The notes beneath the pieces were generated by a model. That model made no database searches, was not told the origin of the DNA, and was given only the letters and a program-made list of their open reading frames with translations. Source: Alphaproteobacteria bacterium UBA6411 (GTDB lineage Bacteria > Pseudomonadota > Alphaproteobacteria > CAAGCB01 > CAG-977). From it: a stretch of DNA of 64,000 nucleotides. Made by a program: the position numbers and the translations under genes. Below are positions 51,956-59,769 of this stretch, piece by piece. Numbering within the stretch: the stretch's first letter is position 1; each line of letters starts with the position of its first letter. The stretch lies in NCBI GenBank assembly GCA_002438565.1, contig DJPN01000006.1, forward strand, positions 8,544 through 72,543, written 5' to 3'.

Positions 51956-53097
51956 AAGCCGGCGTCAATTTCGTCTTGAGTTTGACGTAAATCCAGCAAA
52001 GGCCGCCTTGACGTTTCATTAAAAACTGGAACCGCTTTACAGCGGCAGTTGTACGCTTCGCCGGGGTTGCCGCCTGCAGGGGGATTTTCCGCATCAAAAA
52101 CACCGCCGTTGCGTTCGGCATGTTCCGCACGGACTCTGTCGTCATTTTGCGTTTCCCAAACGTACAGCGGCGCGTCAGCCGCTATATTCAGCAAAGCGGT
52201 TAAATTTTTATAGTCCTCCTTGGCTTCAAAATGATGTTTTACGACTTCGACTAATTTGTCATGTTCCTCTCCGTGTTCAAACAAATAAGCCGAACTGTTT
52301 AGAACATCGTTCAAATCCTTATCGGACAACATGCGGATTTCCGTCGGATCCGGCATTTTCAGCGCCGTTCCGGGAATTAAATGACGCACATCCGTCAACT
52401 GCGGATTTTTATGCAGGATTTCTTCGGGGGCGATGTTGTTTTCCTTGGCAATATTAAAAATCGTATCACCGGCTTTGACAATGTGGAGCTTTTCGATTAA
52501 GTCCTTGCGTTCATAGCGGTTCAGTTTTGCACGGTTGTTGAACACTTCGCGTTCCAAATCCGATTTTTTCAGATCTGTTCCATACTTGTCAAACAAATAC
52601 ATCCCCAGATTGACCGCGTTCGCATCCGTATTTTTATCACCGATAACATTGTTGAAATGACCATTTGCAACATCGTTTAAACGTCCTGCTATATCTAAAT
52701 TCCAGCCATAAACATCACTTAGTTTTCCTGCATAACCATAATGGATATTCGACCAAATATCATGGTCATACAGATATTTGTTATCCCCCGGAATCATCGT
52801 CCCGAAAACCGTAGCGGGTCGTCCTTTCGCATTTGTCAATTTTTTATGAAAATACGATGAAATGTGCTTTTTTAAAACAGGTTTGTGATCCCATTTTGCG
52901 TTACTACGCGCCAGAAAAAGCATCATCTTATTTTTGATAATTAAATTACTTTTTTGTATGTTTTCGACATCTTTGTCCTGCTGTCGAAGCTTCATTTCAT
53001 TAAAAATGCCCGTTACAGCTTTTTCATAATCCGATGATTTCGGATTTAAATGTTTGAATCCTTCATGTTTTGGTATATCATAAGTAGTCATCTTCAT
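51952..53097 (-). CDS. Phage protein with an unknown N-terminal domain, a central LysM peptidoglycan-binding domain and a C-terminal Mu gpF-like (head-morphogenesis/minor head protein) motif. The second ATG at 53091 is the likelier start.
   Basis: 381 aa. LysM: HIVKAGDTIFNIAKENNIAPEEILHKNPQL..LIPGTALKMP. MuF-like: ..YVWETQNDDRVRAEHAERNGGVFDAENPPAGGNPGEAYNCRCKAV.. (the DDRxRxxH...G.VF...PP...NCRC pattern). AAGGAAA SD. Confidence 0.7.
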   Translation of the reverse strand: MKMTTYDIPKHEGFKHLNPKSSDYEKAVTGIFNEMKLRQQDKDVENIQKSNLIIKNKMMLFLARSNAKWDHKPVLKKHISSYFHKKLTNAKGRPATVFGTMIPGDNKYLYDHDIWSNIHYGYAGKLSDVYGWNLDIAGRLNDVANGHFNNVIGDKNTDANAVNLGMYLFDKYGTDLKKSDLEREVFNNRAKLNRYERKDLIEKLHIVKAGDTIFNIAKENNIAPEEILHKNPQLTDVRHLIPGTALKMPDPTEIRMLSDKDLNDVLNSSAYLFEHGEEHDKLVEVVKHHFEAKEDYKNLTALLNIAADAPLYVWETQNDDRVRAEHAERNGGVFDAENPPAGGNPGEAYNCRCKAVPVFNETSRRPLLDLRQTQDEIDAGF

Positions 53098-53134
53098 TTT
53101 CCTTTCAGAGGTTAGAGTTGTTTAATTTTCAAAA
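53020..53134. repeat. Direct repeat, copy 1 (about 115 bp; covers the RBS and the first ~25 codons of the LysM/MuF gene)
   Basis: Near-identical to 53595-53709 (a handful of substitutions and one single-base indel). Confidence 0.85.
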
Positions 53135-53189
53135 TTATAAATTTTTAAAAAAATTTGGACTTAAAATTTTGTCATTATCTATTTTGGTT

Positions 53190-53591
53190 ATGATTTCATT
53201 TTTTTCTTATGAGATTTTTTTAGGCTTCAATAAAAGCCTATCATATTTATTAAATTTAATATTGTATTTGTCATTGTGTTATATTTTCCTTAGAACCACT
53301 TCACATTCTACAAGCAATAAAAAAAATACTGTATTCGTTACACTCTTATTGGCAATAGAATTGCTATTATCGGATATATTCTCATTTTTTATATTTGTTG
53401 TGCTTCCTATCGATGTTCCATTTAAGATAGACTACACTCTATCACTCATAATACCGGCAATATTTACAGCTATACTATTTAACTCGTTTAAACCAAGAAA
53501 AATACTATTCACAATAACACTAATAATACTTCTGCTTCCAATTTATTATCCTTTCATTGCCCATTTTCTTAATCTTTATCAGATTGAATAA
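53190..53591 (+). CDS. Very AT-rich, highly hydrophobic polytopic membrane protein (4-5 TM), candidate immunity / superinfection-exclusion moron. An alternative TTG start at 53118 lies inside repeat 1.
   Basis: 133-157 codons, open in a region that looks well under 30% GC where stops are frequent. Composition dominated by L/I/F/S/K/Y. Sits exactly between the two 115-bp direct repeats; its stop is 3 nt before repeat 2. Confidence 0.5.
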   Translation: MISFFSYEIFLGFNKSLSYLLNLILYLSLCYIFLRTTSHSTSNKKNTVFVTLLLAIELLLSDIFSFFIFVVLPIDVPFKIDYTLSLIIPAIFTAILFNSFKPRKILFTITLIILLLPIYYPFIAHFLNLYQIE

Positions 53592-53594
53592 AAT

Positions 53595-53709
53595 TTTTTC
53601 ATAATCCGATGATTTCGGATTTAAATGTTTGAATCCTTCATGTTTTGGTATATTGTAAGCAGTCATCTTTCTTTTCCTTTCAGAGGTTTGCGTTGTTTAA
53701 TTTCAAAAA
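53595..53709. repeat. Direct repeat, copy 2. On the minus strand it starts a 48-codon orphan ORF whose first ~25 aa copy the LysM/MuF protein N-terminus.
   Basis: Minus strand reads ..AAAGGAAAAGAAAG ATG ACT GCT TAC AAT ATA CCA AAA CAT GAA GGA TTC.. (MTAYNIPKHEGFKHLNPKSSDYEK..), then diverges and stops after 48 codons, antisense to the 3' end of the membrane-protein ORF. Confidence 0.8.
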
Positions 53710-53849
53710 GTTCAAAAAATTCAAGTATTGTTCGCAACGCTGTTGATTGCATCTATTTTATTTCTTCCAAACACTTTGAAAATAATGGGAATTGTTATCA
53801 ATCTTATTTTTCCTTATACTCCATTTATTGAAGAGTAATCAAATTCCAT

Positions 53850-54071
53850 TCACCGCGCGCACAATCGGTCATAGACGATGTTGTTCATATCGATTTGCCG
53901 GATTGTTTGCGCGGTGTCATGATCGTAATCGGCGTAAATCGGCCGATACAGCTCACAAAACCCGCCGCTTGTAAGCGTCGTGCAGCCGCTTGACAACAGC
54001 AGGATTGTCCAAATCGGAACGTGCTTTGCGCGCCGCTGCCTCGGCTTTTGATTTTTTGTCGATTGTTTCAT
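53850..54071 (-). CDS. Outer-membrane lipoprotein, o-spanin (Rz1-like), overlapping the i-spanin gene out of frame
   Basis: 73 aa. Signal plus lipobox ..WTILLLSSGC. The start lies inside the upstream TM-anchored ORF. Confidence 0.6.
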   Translation of the reverse strand: MKQSTKNQKPRQRRAKHVPIWTILLLSSGCTTLTSGGFCELYRPIYADYDHDTAQTIRQIDMNNIVYDRLCAR

Positions 54072-54165
54072 TTTTTTCCTTTTGCCGTCCTGCCCGAAAA
54101 GCGAAAATCATTCCGCCGATCAGCAGGACGGCTTGAGCTGTCAGAATAACGGCTAAATCAGACAT
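53953..54165 (-). CDS. Small N-terminally TM-anchored periplasmic protein, i-spanin (Rz-like) candidate
   Basis: About 70 aa. MSDLAVILTAQAVLLIGGMIFAF TM segment, then a charged helical region. ATGTCTGA overlap with the upstream ORF. The o-spanin is embedded in its 3' half. Confidence 0.45.
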   Translation of the reverse strand: MSDLAVILTAQAVLLIGGMIFAFRAGRQKEKNETIDKKSKAEAAARKARSDLDNPAVVKRLHDAYKRRVL

Positions 54166-54349
54166 TTGTCTCTTTGCCGTCATTGATTTTGGCATTGACG
54201 ATGGACAACACGTCCAATATTTTGACGATTTTTGCCAATACGGCATCGTCTTTTTGCGTCGGGGTCGCTTTGACGATGATTGACGCCGCCGCAACAACCG
54301 TTCCGAACCAAAACAGCACGGTTTCAAAGATTTGTCCCAAGTTTTCCAT
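54158..54349 (-). CDS. Small single-TM protein in the lysis cassette (second holin/antiholin or spanin component)
   Basis: 63 aa. MENLGQIFETVLFWFGTVVAAASIIV.. AAGGAAAAG SD. Between the endolysin and the spanins. Confidence 0.45.
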   Translation of the reverse strand: MENLGQIFETVLFWFGTVVAAASIIVKATPTQKDDAVLAKIVKILDVLSIVNAKINDGKETNV

Positions 54350-54824
54350 GACTTTTCCTTTCGTGTAACAATAAATCGGGGCGGAAATCAACCCGCCCCG
54401 TCGAAAACAATTCGGCTTCGCGCCTTCGCCGCAGTTTCAAACCCTTCCACACATAACCGCCCGCATAAACCCAGCGCATCAGTTCTTGCGGCACTTTGTC
54501 GTAAGCCCCGTCGTTCAGCACGCGCAGCAAAGTCGATCCTGCGAAGTTCCGCCGCCCGATATTGAAAGCGAACGAAATCAGCGCGTCTTTTTGACATTGT
54601 TTCAGCGGCACTTTAACCAGTTCCGCCACCGCGGCTTCCGCTTCGGCGACATCTTGGCGCAACAGTTCTTCGGCTTTTGCTTCGCTGACCCCTGCAGGAA
54701 AGCTTTCACCGCCTTTGACTACGTGACCGTAACCGATTGTGCGCCTGCCCGCGACACAAGTGTATTCCAGCGGCACAAAGCTTTCAAAAGCCTTGAGCAT
54801 AGCCAGTCCTTTTTTGCTTATCAC
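54324..54824 (-). CDS. Phage endolysin, GH24 lysozyme (P22 gp19 / T4 lysozyme family)
   Basis: 166 aa. ..ISKKGLAMLKAFES..TIGYGH..FNIG..FAGSTLLRVLN..LRRRREAELF.. closely parallels the P22 lysozyme. GTG start overlaps the holin stop (GTGA). Confidence 0.9.
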   Translation of the reverse strand: MISKKGLAMLKAFESFVPLEYTCVAGRRTIGYGHVVKGGESFPAGVSEAKAEELLRQDVAEAEAAVAELVKVPLKQCQKDALISFAFNIGRRNFAGSTLLRVLNDGAYDKVPQELMRWVYAGGYVWKGLKLRRRREAELFSTGRVDFRPDLLLHERKSHGKLGTNL

Positions 54825-54985
54825 GCGCGCTCCCCTTGGTTTTTAAACAGAAAGTAAACGCGCCCGACGGCATAAACCAGCGTCGCAATTCCGATAAAGA
54901 AACCGACGTATTCGTTGAATACGCCAATCCACGCGGGGGCGGTCAAACCGATGCCGACCGCCCCTGCCTCTTTGACATTTTGCAT
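54821..54985 (-). CDS. Holin candidate (54 aa, two predicted TM helices)
   Basis: Below the track's ORF size threshold. MQNVKEAGAVGIGLTAPAWIGVFNEYVGFFIGIATLVYAVGRVYFLFKNQGERA. AGGAGGGG SD 7 nt upstream. Immediately precedes the endolysin. Confidence 0.55.
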   Translation of the reverse strand: MQNVKEAGAVGIGLTAPAWIGVFNEYVGFFIGIATLVYAVGRVYFLFKNQGERA

Positions 54986-54997
54986 TGTTTTCCCCTC

Positions 54998-55369
54998 CTA
55001 CATGAACGTGTCCAGCAAAGACAGCGAGTACTTCAGCTTTGCGGCCTTTTTTTCCGCGCGCGCTTTTCGCATTGAGCGGTACGCTTCACCAACCGCCTGC
55101 TTTTTGTTAAATTCCGCCTCCTGCTCGGTTTTCAAATCATTGTAAAACAAGGCATCGTCGTACGAATTCGCCTTGACGCCCGAAGCCCCGATAAGTGCCA
55201 GATTTTTGCCGCGTTCTTCGTTGTTTTCGCGGCGCAGCTTTTTTTCATCCCACGCGTTTTTATCCAATGAAGCCCGAGCCTCATCCCGCGCATCTAGGTA
55301 AGCAAGTTTCGCCTTTTTCCAATTCTGCCGAACGGTCAGCAGTTTTCCCGCCGTTTTCAGTTTTTCCAT
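54998..55369 (-). CDS. Hypothetical charged phage protein in the position, and of the size, of T7 gp13
   Basis: 123 aa from the ATG at 55369 (MEKLKTAGKLL..). GGAGGA SD 5 nt upstream, directly after the tail tubular B stop. Confidence 0.5.
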   Translation of the reverse strand: MEKLKTAGKLLTVRQNWKKAKLAYLDARDEARASLDKNAWDEKKLRRENNEERGKNLALIGASGVKANSYDDALFYNDLKTEQEAEFNKKQAVGEAYRSMRKARAEKKAAKLKYSLSLLDTFM

Positions 55370-55379
55370 TTCATCCTCC

Positions 55380-57374
55380 TCATATTTTGTTTGCCGCCAC
55401 CACCGGGAACACACCCAATACAGTCAGCGGCAAAGGTTGATTTTGTTCAATTCTGACGGATACTCCGTTTTCCCACCCGCCCGAATACGCGACTTTTTTG
55501 TCGCCGGTAAACAAAGCCGGCGCTTTTCCCATGACATCGCTGATTTGCCGAAACGACAAAGGCTCGCCCGTTTTTTCCAACCCGATTTTAAAGCCGATGC
55601 TTTTGTATAAACGCACCAATACGGCGACAATGCGCTTTTTGGCAAATTCGCCGGCCACTCCGTTTGTCAAAGGCATTGTTTGTAAAACAGACCGGAACGG
55701 CAATCCGACATGCACGACGCCGGCCGCCGTATCCAGTGTAATTTTGCCGTCTGTTACCGTCTTTTCGTTCTGCACCGCGCCGTCGGCCAAAACGGCAACC
55801 GTCTGCCCTTCCAAGTATTCAAGCCCCGAAATTACCGACACTTTATCCCCGCGATACGACGCACCGCAATCCACGAAAAAAGCTTCCATGGAATTTTCGG
55901 CATCTTCGGGCAAGCCGGTTTCCATCACTTCGATGTAGCGGACGGCTTGTCCGTTGACAACACGGCGGACGATTAGATACAGCTCGTCTTTTTCCCCGTT
56001 TGCCGTCGGCAAAGACGCTATGCTTTCAACCTTTCCGTTTTCCGTTTGAAAAGTATGCCATGCGGAAACGGATTCTTCGGCTTCGTAAGTCAAACCCGCC
56101 AGTTTTCCGTTTTTCAGCAAACACCACACAACGGGAACGGGTTCTTGCTGCAAGGCCATTTCTTTGATGCCGCCGAACGTCATGTGCGGCGCCAAAGTCG
56201 TCACATCGCGCGCAACATAGTCGTCCGAAGAGCTGTCGTACTGAAAAGCGCGCACTTTCCGGCCGTAATGCTGAACGAACAAAGTCGCATGACTGACTTT
56301 GACGGGCTGAACGGCCTCGCTGCCAAAGCTTGAGTGTCGCTGCACTTTCACATTCAGCGGCAAAGACGTGTCCCCGCTTGTCGCCGTCAGTGTAAAATCA
56401 GCCCCGACAGTGCCGATGGCCAAAGCTCTGCCGGACGACAGCCAGCAAATATCGTTGATTTGATCGGACGACAATTCGCATCCGTAGCCGTATTCCGCCG
56501 TCACACTTGCATCGGCGGCCGTCGGGGAAAAGATTTCATATTGTCCGACTTTCGACCCGTAAACGCTGTTGCCTTTGCCCAAAACCAGTCTTTGCTCAAA
56601 AAAAGTCACGGCGTTCGCATATCCCGTTGTTTTTGAAAACGCGCCCAAACGCCAAAACTTCGTCGCCGTCGCCGACAAAAAAGGATAGCCGTCTGTCCCG
56701 ACCGCTTTGACAACAGTCGCCCCGACATATTCCGTGATTGTCGCGCACCCCCATTGCACATTGGGTTTGTTTGCGTGCATTAAGCGCACTTGACGGCCGA
56801 CATCCGTTGCCTTGAACACCCCTGCGGAAGCCGTCAAAGTCATCGCCCCGGACAGTGCGGAGGGCGTAATCGAAATATTTTCCGCATTGACGGGCAAATA
56901 CGGACCGTCCATCATTGCAAAGTCCGACAACCGCCAATCCGTCATTCCGTATCGCGTCAAAGTCTTTAACGGAAAATCCTTGTGCGCAATGAAAACGACA
57001 TCCCCCGATTGGGAAAAATACAAACCGTCCAAATCCGCCTCCGCATACGGAGATTTGATTTCATAGGTCGCGCCGTTGCTCAGCACGGGTTGCCCGTGAT
57101 CGAAAAAACGGATGTATTTATCACCGAATTCCAGCAAATAAGCCTGCGTTACGGAAAACTGAAAAGCATACAGACGCGCTTTTTTGTTATTGTCTTTGAC
57201 TGCAGAAACAAAGCGCGTTCCGCCGCGTCTGGATACCGGCCCCTGCACCGACGGAATAAAGTTCTGCAAAACCTGACACGCGCCGCCGTATTCCTCGGTG
57301 TCAATGCGACCGCTCATCAAATCGGATATTTCCCCCGTATTGAAACGGACAAAGCCCAAAGTATCCGCCATCAC
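55380..57374 (-). CDS. T7 gp12-like tail tubular protein B
   Basis: 664 aa. N-terminal ..NTGEISDLMSGRIDTEEYGGACQVLQNFIPSVQGPVSRRGGTRFV.. parallels T7 gp12 (..NLKGGISQQPD..RYPDQGSRQVNGWSSETEGLQKRPP..). Follows the tubular A gene with an ATGA overlap. Confidence 0.65.
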   Translation of the reverse strand: MMADTLGFVRFNTGEISDLMSGRIDTEEYGGACQVLQNFIPSVQGPVSRRGGTRFVSAVKDNNKKARLYAFQFSVTQAYLLEFGDKYIRFFDHGQPVLSNGATYEIKSPYAEADLDGLYFSQSGDVVFIAHKDFPLKTLTRYGMTDWRLSDFAMMDGPYLPVNAENISITPSALSGAMTLTASAGVFKATDVGRQVRLMHANKPNVQWGCATITEYVGATVVKAVGTDGYPFLSATATKFWRLGAFSKTTGYANAVTFFEQRLVLGKGNSVYGSKVGQYEIFSPTAADASVTAEYGYGCELSSDQINDICWLSSGRALAIGTVGADFTLTATSGDTSLPLNVKVQRHSSFGSEAVQPVKVSHATLFVQHYGRKVRAFQYDSSSDDYVARDVTTLAPHMTFGGIKEMALQQEPVPVVWCLLKNGKLAGLTYEAEESVSAWHTFQTENGKVESIASLPTANGEKDELYLIVRRVVNGQAVRYIEVMETGLPEDAENSMEAFFVDCGASYRGDKVSVISGLEYLEGQTVAVLADGAVQNEKTVTDGKITLDTAAGVVHVGLPFRSVLQTMPLTNGVAGEFAKKRIVAVLVRLYKSIGFKIGLEKTGEPLSFRQISDVMGKAPALFTGDKKVAYSGGWENGVSVRIEQNQPLPLTVLGVFPVVAANKI

Positions 57375-57928
57375 AGCCTCGCTTCCAGCCAGCCGCGCTG
57401 GGTATAGCCGTCTTGAACGCCTTCCATGGCCGAAGCGGTTTTCGCCTGTTGAACAAAAGCGTGATATTCCTTGTTCAATGTTTCTTTCAGCGCAACCGAC
57501 GCCGTCAGCGGAACGGCAAGCTCCGCCGCCAGTTTCAGCGCCAGCGCCTCGACAAACATCGGATCGAAAAACGTTGCGTCCTCAATGCGTGAAATGCCGA
57601 CAAAACGCAGTATCGGCGCGTTGTACAAAACAGTCTGTCCTTCGACTTGATAGTTTTCCTCCTCTTCCGTCCGCCAAACACGCAAGCAATCCGCAGGTAA
57701 AGCAAATCTGTATTCATAACCGTACAGCGGTTTGTCTTTCAGCGGAGCCAAAGCATAACGCTTCAGCGCGAACCGCCAAGGGTACGACCGCAATACGAAA
57801 TCGCGCGTATCCGCATACAAAGCTTTGCAGTAACGGGCGGGTTTAGTATCGTCGTCCAGCGACAAAATCACAGGTTCATCGCCGATTTTCGATAAAGCGC
57901 GATTGCACAAAGCAACGATTGAAGTCAT
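57371..57928 (-). CDS. T7 gp11-like tail tubular protein A
   Basis: 185 aa. ..NRALSKIGDEPVILSLDDD.. and ..SYPWRF.. parallel T7 gp11 (..NDILASIGEPPVSTLEGD.. / ..SRGWTF..). Confidence 0.65.
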   Translation of the reverse strand: MTSIVALCNRALSKIGDEPVILSLDDDTKPARYCKALYADTRDFVLRSYPWRFALKRYALAPLKDKPLYGYEYRFALPADCLRVWRTEEEENYQVEGQTVLYNAPILRFVGISRIEDATFFDPMFVEALALKLAAELAVPLTASVALKETLNKEYHAFVQQAKTASAMEGVQDGYTQRGWLEARL

Positions 57929-57990
57929 TTTCTGCTCCTTTCACAACAAAAAAGCGGCGGAGATTTCTCCCCGCCGTTTGACAAGCAAAA

Positions 57991-58896
57991 TCATTCTTTG
58001 CAGTTGATTTTAACGACCAGCTCTTCCTGCATGCGGGTCGCGCCGATAGCCATTTCATAGTAAACCTGCGTCGCAAAGCATTTGTCGTCACGTTCCGTGA
58101 TTTTTCCGATGATATCCTCACCGATGCCCAGTTTGATGCCGTCGCTCTGGAATGCCAGACACGAACGCCCCACGGCCGCGGGACTGTCGCCCGTTGACAT
58201 CACCGTCGGCAAAATCAGCGAACCGTCCGCTTTTTTCGCATTCAGCTGAACAAACTTAAAGCCCATGAATTCCTCGATTTCCCCGCGGACAAGAGCTTTC
58301 GCGGCAGCGTAATCGGCTGATGTCACTTTCGTTTCACTCAGCAAATCGTCCAGCTGCTGAGCGGACAGAACGATATAGCGCCCTTCGGACGGCGCATCGT
58401 TTTTGTCAAACAGCCGCTTGACTTCGCGCAGTTTGTCGAACGTGAATTTGGAAGCGCACGCCGCATCGACAATCTGCGACGCCGGCAAAGCAACTTCCGT
58501 CGCCCCCGTTTCGCCGGTATACGCCGCCCCCAAAGCGGCTTCGACGATTGCTTCATCAATCGCGCGCCCCATCGCCCAAGCGGCGGCGTTCGCATAATCG
58601 TTCGTCGGATCGATAAGCATGCGCACTTTGTCGTCGTTGTCGATTAAATCCGCCCAATGATAAGTGTCCAAACTCAAACGGCGGCGTTTGTGCGGCGTGT
58701 CGGACTGCGGAGTCGCGGCGTGGCGCGTCGTCTTTTTGACGGCGGCAACCTGCCCGATCTGGTCGATGAAAGCCGCCTTGCCGCGCACGCTTTCAAAACC
58801 GACCAAATTGCGCAATTTTGATCCTTTCTGCTGCACCAAAGCTTGAATGTTCGAGCTGTACTGGTCGACAAAAGAAGTGGTAATCTGTGTACTCAT
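57991..58896 (-). CDS. T7 gp10-like major capsid protein
   Basis: 301 aa. ..RGKAAFIDQIG.. / ..DTYHWADLIDNDDKV.. / ..AMGRAIDEAIVEAALG.. mirror the T7 gp10 blocks (..SGKSAQFPVLG.. / ..IDGLLTADVLIYDIED.. / ..AMAADGAVLAEIAG..). Confidence 0.65.
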   Translation of the reverse strand: MSTQITTSFVDQYSSNIQALVQQKGSKLRNLVGFESVRGKAAFIDQIGQVAAVKKTTRHAATPQSDTPHKRRRLSLDTYHWADLIDNDDKVRMLIDPTNDYANAAAWAMGRAIDEAIVEAALGAAYTGETGATEVALPASQIVDAACASKFTFDKLREVKRLFDKNDAPSEGRYIVLSAQQLDDLLSETKVTSADYAAAKALVRGEIEEFMGFKFVQLNAKKADGSLILPTVMSTGDSPAAVGRSCLAFQSDGIKLGIGEDIIGKITERDDKCFATQVYYEMAIGATRMQEELVVKINCKE

Positions 58897-58976
58897 TTAA
58901 TTTTCCTTTCTGTTTTCAATCAACAAAAAAAGCCCCGTTTCAAACGGAGCCGTTACAAAAAAACGTTTGCCCGAAA

Positions 58977-59504
58977 TCAGTCTTCGTTGAACAAACGCTT
59001 GCGCAAAGCGTAAACAGCCTGAACGGTTTTGGCGTGATCGGGATGCTGCGCCTGCATATAGGCCGGATTGGAAGTCAACCCCGCGATTTCGGCTTTCAGC
59101 CGATCGGCAGAGGGAACAACGGCCGATTTTTCACCCACCAATCCCCTGTCTTCGCCCGCCGCATCGGCCAGCCGCATTAAAAAAGCAACGATTTCGCGGC
59201 AGTTGCACAATCCCGTTTCGTTCAAAAATTCAACAAAGCCGTCACCGCCGTACTTGCGCACCAAATCCGCCGCGCCATTTCGTCTGCGGTCAAAATCGCG
59301 TCCGAATTGACGGCGCAATTCGGATTCGGCATCCTGCACGTATGTTTCGGAATCGTTATTCAGTTCTTCCGCAAATTCACGCACGCCGTCTTCAATCCAG
59401 CCCCAAACGCCGGCCTCCTGCCGTTCGTTCAATCCCAAACTTTCAGCCAAATCGTGGAATTCGGCCTTGTCTTCATCATCGATAAAGTCGTTTACGTTAC
59501 TCAT
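58977..59504 (-). CDS. Acidic scaffolding protein candidate
   Basis: 175 aa, strongly acidic. Lies between the portal and capsid genes, as T7 gp9 does. Confidence 0.45.
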   Translation of the reverse strand: MSNVNDFIDDEDKAEFHDLAESLGLNERQEAGVWGWIEDGVREFAEELNNDSETYVQDAESELRRQFGRDFDRRRNGAADLVRKYGGDGFVEFLNETGLCNCREIVAFLMRLADAAGEDRGLVGEKSAVVPSADRLKAEIAGLTSNPAYMQAQHPDHAKTVQAVYALRKRLFNED

Positions 59505-59769
59505 TGTTTTTCCTTTCAGCTTGTTGCAATAAAGTAATCAACCGCTTTTCATCGCAAGCGGTCATCTTCAATATATCCAGAAAAGCGGCGCGCTTTCCGT
59601 CATAGAACGCGCTTGTCGCAACGCCGGACACATCGGTTACAGGGGTCAGCATATGGCATTTGATTGCCAAATCCTCCAAAACCGCCTGCCCGTTTTCGGA
59701 TAAAAAAACAGCCTTGTAAGCTTGTACCAGCTCCAAGGCTTTTTTGGCTTTGTCCCGTCTGTCAAACAT
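59497..59769 (-). CDS. Small hypothetical phage protein (start taken at MFDRRDKAKK..)
   Basis: About 90 aa, between portal and scaffold. The track ORF start overlaps the portal gene's 3' end. Confidence 0.4.
   Translation of the reverse strand: MFDRRDKAKKALELVQAYKAVFLSENGQAVLEDLAIKCHMLTPVTDVSGVATSAFYDGKRAAFLDILKMTACDEKRLITLLQQAERKNNE

Noticed and set aside
53625-53831. 68-aa + strand ORF downstream of the AT-rich membrane-protein gene
   Set aside because: Lies across repeat copy 2, antisense to the orphan N-terminal fragment. Short. Stop-codon spacing in AT-rich DNA makes short ORFs like this less informative than the longer neighbour.
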